Below are positions 57,014 through 64,000 of a DNA stretch of 64,000 nucleotides, in pieces. The notes under the pieces were generated by a model that had not been told where the DNA came from, made no database searches, and saw nothing but the letters and a program-made list of their open reading frames with translations. This DNA is from Burkholderiaceae bacterium (GTDB taxonomy: Bacteria > Pseudomonadota > Gammaproteobacteria > Burkholderiales > Burkholderiaceae_C), in the NCBI GenBank assembly GCA_004322085.1, contig SCRR01000397.1:1344-65343 (forward strand), given 5' to 3'. Position 1 is the stretch's first letter. Each line of letters opens with the position of its first letter. A program made the translations under genes and the position numbers.

Positions 57014-58399
57014 CTACGCTGCACCCATGCCTGCTGAAAAATTCAGGAAGCGCGTGCTGGCGCCCTGGAACGTGAGGCGCACGCTGCCGATCGGGCCATT
57101 GCGCTGCTTGCCGATAATAATTTCAGCCGTGCCCTTGTCGGGCGAATCAGGATTGTAGACTTCGTCCCGATAGATGAACAGGATCAGGTCGGCGTCCTGT
57201 TCGATGGCACCGGATTCACGCAAATCGCTCATGACGGGACGTTTGTTGGGGCGCTGTTCAAGGCTGCGATTGAGTTGCGACAGGGCAACCAGAGGGCAAT
57301 TGAGCTCTTTGGCCAGACTCTTGAGCGAACGACTGATCTCGGAAATCTCGGTGGCGCGGTTCTCACCGGAAGAATTGGCCGACATAAGCTGCATGTAGTC
57401 GACGACGATCAGGCCAAGCTGGCCACATTGACGCGCCAGTCGGCGCGCCCGTGCCCTCAATTCTATGGAATTGAGGGCAGGCGTTTCGTCAATATAAATC
57501 TGGGCCTCCTGCACCTGCTGCACGGCGTGTGTCAGGCGCGGCCAATCGTCGGCAGTGAGCTTGCCCGTACGCATCCGTTGCTGGTCCAGCATCCCCACCG
57601 AACCCACCATGCGCATGGCCAGTTGCACTGCACCCATTTCCATGGAAAACACCGCCACCGGCAATCCCTGCTCAATGGCGACGTGCTCGCCAATATTCAT
57701 GGCAAGCGAGGTTTTCCCCATGGAGGGACGTCCGGCCACGATAACCAGGTCACCCGGCTGCAGGCCCGATGTCAGGCGATCCAGGTCGGTAAACCCGGTA
57801 GGCACGCCGGTGATGTCGGAGCCGCCCTCGCGGTGATAAAGCTCGTCGATGCGCTCGACCACCTGAGTCAGCAGGGGCTGGATTTCCTGGAAACCCGACG
57901 CACCGCGTGACCCTTCCTGTGCAATCTGGAACACACGCGACTCGGCTTCGTCGAGCAGTTGCCGTGCCTCTTTACCGTTTGGATTGAAGGCCGCGGCAGA
58001 AATTTCGTCGGCCACCGAGACCAGCTTGCGCAACATATACCGCTCACGCACGATCTCGGCGTAGCGCCGTATGTTTGCCGCCGAGGGCGTGTTGTGCGCC
58101 AGCGCGTTCAGGTAGGCCAGCCCGCCCACTTCATCTGCCTTGCCGGCCATCGCAAGGGACTCGTGCACGGTAACCACATCAGCGGGACGGGACAACCCGA
58201 TCAGACGAGTAATGTGCTGCCAGATGACGCGGTGGTCGTACCGGTAGAAGTCCTCGTCGCCGACGACATCAGAAACGCGGTCCCAGGCCGCGTTGTCGAG
58301 CAGCAAACCGCCCAGCACCGACTGTTCGGCTTCAATCGAGTGGGGCGGAACGCGCAGGTAATCCAGCTGAGAATCACCGGAAATCAACGTGCTTTCCAA
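57014..58399 (-). CDS. dnaB: Replicative DNA helicase DnaB
   Basis: 461 aa. PPHSIEAEQSVLG N-terminal motif and Walker A GRPSMGKTS. Confidence 0.95.
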   Translation of the reverse strand: MESTLISGDSQLDYLRVPPHSIEAEQSVLGGLLLDNAAWDRVSDVVGDEDFYRYDHRVIWQHITRLIGLSRPADVVTVHESLAMAGKADEVGGLAYLNALAHNTPSAANIRRYAEIVRERYMLRKLVSVADEISAAAFNPNGKEARQLLDEAESRVFQIAQEGSRGASGFQEIQPLLTQVVERIDELYHREGGSDITGVPTGFTDLDRLTSGLQPGDLVIVAGRPSMGKTSLAMNIGEHVAIEQGLPVAVFSMEMGAVQLAMRMVGSVGMLDQQRMRTGKLTADDWPRLTHAVQQVQEAQIYIDETPALNSIELRARARRLARQCGQLGLIVVDYMQLMSANSSGENRATEISEISRSLKSLAKELNCPLVALSQLNRSLEQRPNKRPVMSDLRESGAIEQDADLILFIYRDEVYNPDSPDKGTAEIIIGKQRNGPIGSVRLTFQGASTRFLNFSAGMGAA

Positions 58400-58433
58400 A
58401 ATAGTTACCCCCGATCTGGCACCGCAACATCAG

Positions 58434-58463
58434 GCCAATAAACGAGGCGGCCCGCAGGCCGCC
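58434..58463 (-). terminator. Putative rho-independent terminator after rplI
   Basis: On the minus strand, GGCGGCC-TGCG-GGCCGCC (plus-strand 58446-58463) is followed by TCGTTTATT. Located 5 nt after the rplI stop and upstream of dnaB. Confidence 0.55.
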
Positions 58464-58467
58464 CGCA

Positions 58468-58923
58468 TCAGGCCATTTCGCCTGCTACCACCAAAGTAAT
58501 ATCGACGACTACGTCGGCATGCAGGACGACCTGCACAGGGAACTCGCCGACCGACTTGATGGAGCCGCCCAGCAGACGCACGTGCGACTTGATGACCGAG
58601 GTAAAGCCTTCCTTGACCAGTGCGGCGGCAATATCCATGGACGTCACCGAACCAAACAGGCGGCCGTCAGCGCCGGCCTTCTGGGACAGTTTGAGGGTTA
58701 TACCGGCCAACCGTTCACCCTCGGCCTTGGCAGCGGCCAGCTTTTCAGCCTGGACCTTTTCGATTTCAGCGCGGCGGGCTTCAAATTCTTTAAGGGCCAG
58801 ATCGGTGGCGCGCCGGGCGATCTTCTGGGGAATGAGATAGTTGCGGGCATAGCCGTCGCGCACACGCACGACTTCGCCAAGGTTACCCAGATTGACAACT
58901 TTTTCGAGCAGAATGACTTGCAT
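58468..58923 (-). CDS. rplI: 50S ribosomal protein L9
   Basis: Start at [19 protein letters not shown], 151 aa. Confidence 0.95.
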   Translation of the reverse strand: MQVILLEKVVNLGNLGEVVRVRDGYARNYLIPQKIARRATDLALKEFEARRAEIEKVQAEKLAAAKAEGERLAGITLKLSQKAGADGRLFGSVTSMDIAAALVKEGFTSVIKSHVRLLGGSIKSVGEFPVQVVLHADVVVDITLVVAGEMA

Positions 58924-58939
58924 GACAATGGACCTGGGA

Positions 58940-59212
58940 TTAGTGGTGGTTATCGGTGTAGGGCAACAGAGCCAGGAAGCGCGCACGCTTGATGGCCGTG
59001 TCCAGTTGACGCTGATAGTGAGCTTTGGTGCCAGTCAGGCGTGCGGGAATGATCTTGCCATTTTCCTGAATGAAGTCACGCAGGGTGTCCAGATCCTTGT
59101 AATCGATCTGATCAACGCCAGCCGCAGTGAAGCGGCAAAATTTGCGGCGTTTGAACAGCGGATTCTGCTGCGTGAATTTACGTTTTTCTTTACTCTTTTT
59201 GAAGAAAGCCAT
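58940..59212 (-). CDS. rpsR: 30S ribosomal protein S18
   Basis: Start at MAFFKK.... Contains [20 protein letters not shown] and LPYTDNHH. About 90 aa. Confidence 0.95.
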   Translation of the reverse strand: MAFFKKSKEKRKFTQQNPLFKRRKFCRFTAAGVDQIDYKDLDTLRDFIQENGKIIPARLTGTKAHYQRQLDTAIKRARFLALLPYTDNHH

Positions 59213-59301
59213 CATGTGCCTCTTTGATTTGGGGACGAGCCCCTGCTGTTTGTACCTGCGTCGGGTGAACCAACAGCCCGCGCAATCTGAATTCAACTTC
59301 G

Positions 59302-59619
59302 CTAAACGGTAACGGTTGCACTTCCTGCATAAACCCGCCCAGCCTGTTGCACGTGCAACACCAACTTGCTTGCCCCTTTTCGAACCGGGGCCAAAAACCC
59401 CTGGATCGACAGCGACGCACCCAAGGGGGTGTCCACCAGCAGCAAGGCAACGTCTCCGAGAGCCACCGCAAGAATGACGAATTCGATGCGCCGGGCCACT
59501 TTGGCCTCGACCACTTCGGACTCGTGGCTCAGCAACATTTCCAGTGCGGGCAACCCGGCTGGGGTATACCTCAGGGGTCTGACTTCGACTACCGCTGCTG
59601 TCAATGCAATCTGATTCAC
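59302..59619 (-). CDS. priB: Primosomal replication protein N (PriB)
   Basis: 105-aa OB-fold protein in the conserved rpsF-priB-rpsR-rplI position. Confidence 0.85.
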   Translation of the reverse strand: MNQIALTAAVVEVRPLRYTPAGLPALEMLLSHESEVVEAKVARRIEFVILAVALGDVALLLVDTPLGASLSIQGFLAPVRKGASKLVLHVQQAGRVYAGSATVTV

Positions 59620-59642
59620 GCTAGCGCTCGGAACGCCGGCGC

Positions 59643-60077
59643 CTACGCGTGGTGTTCAGTAGTTGTTGCTGTGTGCGATGCCGCCGTATGTGACGTCGAA
59701 TGCGTCGCCGTGTGTGCTGCCGTGGAGTCAGTACTGGTCTTGCGCGCTTCTTCGCGCTCAACCGACTTCATCATGATGGAAGCACCCGTCTCGGCCTTCT
59801 TGGTCTTGATGGCGAGGTGACGCAATATGGCATCGTTATAGCGGAACGAATGTTCGAGCTCGTCCATGGTGGCCTGATTGCACTCGATGTTAAGGCAGAC
59901 GTAATGGGCTTTGACGAGTTTCTGGATGGGATAGGCCAATTGCCGGCGACCCCAGTCTTCAAGACGATGCACCTGGCCACCGTTGCTGGTAACCAGCGTC
60001 TGGTAGCGCTCGATCATTGCGGGCACCTGCTCGCTTTGATCGGGATGCACAATAAACACTATTTCATAGTGGCGCAT
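59643..60077 (-). CDS. rpsF: 30S ribosomal protein S6 with a Thr/His/Ala-rich C-terminal tail
   Basis: [18 protein letters not shown] start. Core of about 100 aa followed by the tail [31 protein letters not shown]. Confidence 0.93.
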   Translation of the reverse strand: MRHYEIVFIVHPDQSEQVPAMIERYQTLVTSNGGQVHRLEDWGRRQLAYPIQKLVKAHYVCLNIECNQATMDELEHSFRYNDAILRHLAIKTKKAETGASIMMKSVEREEARKTSTDSTAAHTATHSTSHTAASHTATTTEHHA

Positions 60078-60181
60078 GTAAACTACACTCCTTGAGGATG
60101 TCTTTGGGGCCGGGCCCGCACAAAACGTGCAAGCAAATCCCGGAAAAACCCAAAGGGTCAGCCCGCCCCCTACTTAGTAAG

Positions 60182-60208
60182 CCAGGCAAACCAGGCAAAC
60201 CACGCAAA
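60182..60208. repeat. Three tandem 9-bp units upstream of rpsF
   Basis: CCAGGCAAA (60182-60190), CCAGGCAAA (60191-60199), CCACGCAAA (60200-60208). 105-131 nt upstream of the rpsF ATG. Confidence 0.9.
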
Positions 60209-60279
60209 GAGTCGAGCAAGAAACCGCTTATTCTAGCATAGCCACGCGCAATCCAGCTGTGGCGCAGCTTTATGCCATA

Positions 60280-61083
60280 TTAGCCTTCGACGACCGCATA
60301 TGCCGAGTGATTGTGTATGGACTCGAAATTCTCGGCCTCGATGTGAAACCGCTGTACGCCAGCCATTGCCTTGACACGTACTGCCACGTCGCGCACGAGA
60401 TCCTCGACGAATTTCGGGTTTTCGTAGGCATGCTCGGTAACGTATTTTTCGTCGGGGCGCTTGAGCAGACCCCACAATTCGCAGGAGGCCTGCTTTTCAA
60501 CCATGCCGATGAGCGCATCGAGGTCGATGCCGGCACTGCTATCGAACACCACGTTGACCGAGACATGCGAACGCTGGTTGTGCGCGCCGTATTCCGAAAT
60601 GGCCTTGGAACACGGACACAGGCTGGTAACAGGCACCACCAGTCCCAGTTCGAACTCGGCAACGCCGTCCTGCTGCGCCCGCGCCGTCCACGTAACCTCG
60701 TAATCCATAAGGCTGGTCACACCCGAAACGGGCGCCGCCTTGTTGATGAAATACGGAAACGACGCCGAGATGTCGCCCCGGTCGGAATGCAACAACGAAA
60801 GCATGTCACGCGCCATGGCGCAAAATAGCGCAGGAGTCATGGGTGTGGCCCGATACTGCTCGAGCAAGGCCACGAACCGCGACATATGCGTGCCCTTTTC
60901 CTGCTCGGACAAGGCAACGGTAAGCTCCCACATGGCGATCGTAGACTGTGGCTGACCGGCCGCAGCCACAAGCATGGGGTGCCGTACACCACGCACGCCA
61001 ACGCGCTGAATGGGCATGTGGCGAGTGTCCACACTGCTTTGCACATCGGGCATGACCACCACGGAATCAATCAAGGAATTCAT
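60280..61083 (-). CDS. folE2: GTP cyclohydrolase I type 2 (FolE2)
   Basis: 267 aa. Signature [23 protein letters not shown]. Confidence 0.9.
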   Translation of the reverse strand: MNSLIDSVVVMPDVQSSVDTRHMPIQRVGVRGVRHPMLVAAAGQPQSTIAMWELTVALSEQEKGTHMSRFVALLEQYRATPMTPALFCAMARDMLSLLHSDRGDISASFPYFINKAAPVSGVTSLMDYEVTWTARAQQDGVAEFELGLVVPVTSLCPCSKAISEYGAHNQRSHVSVNVVFDSSAGIDLDALIGMVEKQASCELWGLLKRPDEKYVTEHAYENPKFVEDLVRDVAVRVKAMAGVQRFHIEAENFESIHNHSAYAVVEG

Positions 61084-61191
61084 AACTCAACCTGAACACA
61101 CCCGCCAAATTGCGGGTTTAAACATGTATTGTCGACCATTATGACGCAAAAGTGCAACAGACTTCCCTATGCGGGCTAGGGAAACTTACCA

Positions 61192-63069
61192 TTACGCACG
61201 TTTGTTGCGGACTTTCGCGGGCGGAAAGCGTACGCGGATGCTGCTCTCGATATCGGCCGCGTCCAGGCCGAGTGACTTGAGCAGGACCGATTGTTCGCCA
61301 TGATCGATGAACCGATCGGGCAGACCCAGCTGCAAAAGGGCAATGGGGATACCCTGCGCATTAAAGTATTCGGACACCGCACTGCCGGCGCCGCCCATGA
61401 CAACCCCTTCTTCAAGGGTCACGAATGCCTCGTGCGACCGCGACAGCCGGTGCAGCAGCTCTTCATCCAGTGGCTTCACAAAGCGCATGTCAACCATCGT
61501 GGCATCCAGCGCCAGCGCCGCCTTGAGACCCTCGGGCACCAGCGTTCCAAACCCCAGAATGGCAATTCGGTGGCCTTCGTGCAACACACGTCCTTTGCCC
61601 ACCGGCACCGTTTCCAGTCCCGCCGTGACCTCGGCGCCGCAGCCGGCTCCGCGCGGATAACGTACCGATGCCGGGCCGGGATGCGCATAACAGGTGTTCA
61701 GCAACAATCGCGCCTCGTTTTCGTCGGAAGGCGTGGCCACCATCATATTGGGAATGCACCGCAAATAGACCATGTCATAGCTGCCTGCATGGGTGGCGCC
61801 ATCGGCACCCACCAGGCCAGCGCGGTCCAACGCAAACGTGACATCAAGGTTCTGAAGCGCCACGTCGTGAATAAGCTGGTCATATGCCCGCTGCAAAAAC
61901 GTGGAATAGATGGCCACGACCGGCTTCAGCCCCTCGCAGGCCAGACCAGCAGCGAACGTGACTGAATGCTGTTCGGCAATACCCACGTCGAAATAGCGGC
62001 GGGGAAAACGTTTCTGAAATTCGACCAGCCCGCTGCCCTCGCGCATGGCTGGAGTGATGCCGATCAGGCGTTCGTCGGCGGCCGCCATATCACACAGCCA
62101 ATGGCCAAACACATGTGTAAACGTCTGCCTGGGAGGCACGGACGGCTTCTGAATGCCCACCGTGGGATCGAACTTGCCCGGGCCATGGTACAGCACCGGA
62201 TCGGCCTCGGCCAACTTGTACCCACAGCCCTTTCGCGTGACGACATGCAGGAACTGCAGGCCACCCAGTGCGCGCAGGTTTTCAAGAGTCGGAATCAGGG
62301 CATCAAGGTTGTGCCCGTCGATAGGTCCGACATAATTGAAACCCAGTTCCTCGAACAGCGTGGCAGGCGACATCAGGCCCTTGGCGTGGTCTTCGAAGCG
62401 CCGGGCCAGTTCCAGCACGGGCGGCACATGCTGCAACACAGCGCGGCCCACATTCTTGGCGGTAGCGTAAAAACGCCCCGACATCAACCTGGCCAGGTAG
62501 TGATTCAGTGCTCCGACGGGTGGAGAAATGGACATGTCGTTGTCATTGAGCACGACCAGCAGATTCACGTCAGGCGTAACGCCCGCATTATTGAGTGCCT
62601 CGAACGCCATGCCCGCTGTCATGGCACCATCGCCAATGACTGCCACATGCTGGCGATCCAGCCCCAAATTGCGTGAAGCAACCGCCATACCCAGTGCGGC
62701 GGAAATGGACGTCGACGAGTGAGCCGTACCAAACGCGTCGTACGGCGACTCGGTGCGCCTGGGAAAACCGGAAATCCCCCCAAACTGGCGCAGATGTGCC
62801 ATGGCCTCGCGCCGGCCTGTCAGGATTTTGTGCGGATACGACTGATGCCCGACATCCCACACAATGCGGTCATCGGGTGTATTGAGTACGTAATGCAGCG
62901 CAATCGTCAGTTCCACCGTCCCCAGGTTGGACGACAGATGACCACCCGTTTTCGACACCGACTGCAACACGAATTCGCGTAACTGCCTTGCCAGCTCTTT
63001 GAGCTGGCGGCGGTCCAGCGCCCGGACGTCATCCGGAGAATTGATTTGGTCTAGAGAGACAATAGTCAT
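61192..63069 (-). CDS. dxs: 1-deoxy-D-xylulose-5-phosphate synthase
   Basis: Start at [15 protein letters not shown]. ThDP motif [19 protein letters not shown]. About 625 aa. Confidence 0.95.
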   Translation of the reverse strand: MTIVSLDQINSPDDVRALDRRQLKELARQLREFVLQSVSKTGGHLSSNLGTVELTIALHYVLNTPDDRIVWDVGHQSYPHKILTGRREAMAHLRQFGGISGFPRRTESPYDAFGTAHSSTSISAALGMAVASRNLGLDRQHVAVIGDGAMTAGMAFEALNNAGVTPDVNLLVVLNDNDMSISPPVGALNHYLARLMSGRFYATAKNVGRAVLQHVPPVLELARRFEDHAKGLMSPATLFEELGFNYVGPIDGHNLDALIPTLENLRALGGLQFLHVVTRKGCGYKLAEADPVLYHGPGKFDPTVGIQKPSVPPRQTFTHVFGHWLCDMAAADERLIGITPAMREGSGLVEFQKRFPRRYFDVGIAEQHSVTFAAGLACEGLKPVVAIYSTFLQRAYDQLIHDVALQNLDVTFALDRAGLVGADGATHAGSYDMVYLRCIPNMMVATPSDENEARLLLNTCYAHPGPASVRYPRGAGCGAEVTAGLETVPVGKGRVLHEGHRIAILGFGTLVPEGLKAALALDATMVDMRFVKPLDEELLHRLSRSHEAFVTLEEGVVMGGAGSAVSEYFNAQGIPIALLQLGLPDRFIDHGEQSVLLKSLGLDAADIESSIRVRFPPAKVRNKRA

Positions 63070-63222
63070 TTCATGCAGCTTATGGTATGCAACGCCTCGC
63101 CAGCGCCGCCCGACCGGTGTTCCGGCCCGAAGATTCCACAACGAGAATGCTGTTACTGTCCATTTTAGCGCCCACCGCGAATCCGCATGTGGCCAGCGAT
63201 AACAATACGCCAGTCACGCTTG

Positions 63223-64000
63223 CTAACGATCTCGTTGCACTATGAAATCAGCCACATCAAGCAGGCGCCCACCGGTGATCCCCAACGGCAACAAGGCGGC
63301 TTTGGCTTCATCGCGCAACGCGTGCAATAGTTCGCGTGAGCCATCCAGACCCAGCAGTGACACATACGTGGGCTTGTTGCCCGCAATGTCCTTACCAGCA
63401 GTCTTTCCCAGTGTCGCCGTATCGGATGTTACGTCAAGAATATCGTCGGCAACCTGAAATGCCAACCCTATGGCCCGCGCGTACGATTCAAGGCCCGTGC
63501 GTGTCGGTGAACTGGCACCGGCCACAATGCCTCCAAGCAGGATACTGGCCTGAAGCAAGGCACCCGTCTTCATGCTGTGCATGATCTGCAACTGGTCGCG
63601 CGTAAGTGCGACCCCAACGCTGATGCAATCGATGGCCTGGCCGCCGGCCATGCCCAGACTTCCCGCAGAACGTGCCAGCAATTCGGTCGCCTGCACGATG
63701 AGTGCTGGGGCAATGGGCATCTGGGCCAGCAATTCAAACGCGAGCGGCTGCAGTGCATCGCCCGCAAGCATGGCCATGGCCTCGCCGAATTGAATGTGTA
63801 CAGTGGGCCGGCCGCGCCGCAGCGCGTCGTCGTCCATACACGGCAAATCATCGTGTACCAGGGAATACGCGTGAATCATCTCGACGGCGGACGCCGCATG
63901 GTCCAGGGCCATACCCTGAGCAGAAGTGAGTGAATCTGCCGAGACTACAGACGCTTCGCCTGCAGCATAGACCAAGGCCGCCCGCACCCGCTTGCCGCCC
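63223..64000 (-). CDS. ispA: Farnesyl diphosphate synthase (polyprenyl synthetase), N-terminus outside the window
   Basis: FARM motif VHDDLPCMDDD and SARM motif DDILD. The ORF stays open to the window edge. Directly upstream of dxs, as in xseB-ispA-dxs operons. Confidence 0.9.
   Translation of the reverse strand, partial: GGKRVRAALVYAAGEASVVSADSLTSAQGMALDHAASAVEMIHAYSLVHDDLPCMDDDALRRGRPTVHIQFGEAMAMLAGDALQPLAFELLAQMPIAPALIVQATELLARSAGSLGMAGGQAIDCISVGVALTRDQLQIMHSMKTGALLQASILLGGIVAGASSPTRTGLESYARAIGLAFQVADDILDVTSDTATLGKTAGKDIAGNKPTYVSLLGLDGSRELLHALRDEAKAALLPLGITGGRLLDVADFIVQRDR

Noticed and set aside
61098-61140. Zur box or terminator upstream of folE2
   Set aside because: ATTGTCGACCAT is only a 10/12 palindrome and does not resemble the Zur consensus as I remember it (TGTTAT...ATAACA). 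The CCCGC-CAAATT-GCGGG hairpin has its T-tract on the plus strand, opposite to the local genes. It is too weak to call.
1-64000. Mobile elements, CRISPR arrays, defence systems, toxin-antitoxin pairs, rRNA/tRNA genes
   Set aside because: No transposase, integrase or phage-like ORFs, no spaced direct-repeat arrays and no tRNA-like cloverleaf candidates were seen in the few intergenic regions longer than 100 nt. The PIN domain present is fused to PhoH (YlaK type), not a VapC toxin with an antitoxin partner.

Overview
GC-rich chromosomal segment (roughly 60% GC by eye, not computed) from a betaproteobacterium. Gene content and order (rpsF-priB-rpsR-rplI-dnaB, kdkA, folE2, aminotransferase-hom-thrC) look Burkholderiales-like; the taxon cannot be verified here. 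I found no rRNA, tRNA, CRISPR, transposase, integrase or phage genes. The window is densely packed with about 56 confident CDS. The main content is a near-complete hopanoid (bacteriohopanepolyol) biosynthesis and transport locus at about 4.9-22 kb: an SQS-like gene coupled to shc, hpnG, hpnB-hpnA-hpnH-ispH, hpnM, hpnN and hpnI-J-K-L. A separate hpnC-D-E squalene operon sits at 45.6-48.7 kb and dxs-ispA at 61-64 kb. The hopanoid locus is flanked on both sides by LPS genes: msbA, a GT9 heptosyltransferase and a DUF218 gene upstream; a methyltransferase plus GT4/CE4/GT2/CE4/GT4 core-type cluster downstream; kdkA further on. The remaining genes are housekeeping: dnaE, hrpA, argA, yggX, phoU, rpiA, radA, alr, crcB, thrC, hom, bcp, a PIN-PhoH gene, a pdxA-like gene, dnaB and folE2. 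The most interesting unexplained element is an uncharacterised di-iron-carboxylate (2x EEARH) protein. It is the last gene of the hpnIJKL operon and is a candidate O2-dependent hopanoid-tailoring enzyme. Secondary leads are a third squalene/phytoene-synthase paralogue translationally coupled to shc, a class I methyltransferase just upstream of hpnI, dnaE start/stop-overlapped with an LPS-core operon, an orphan FtsX-type permease coupled to kdkA, and several inverted repeats in hopanoid promoter regions. All functional calls rest on motif and family recognition by eye; no database search was possible.
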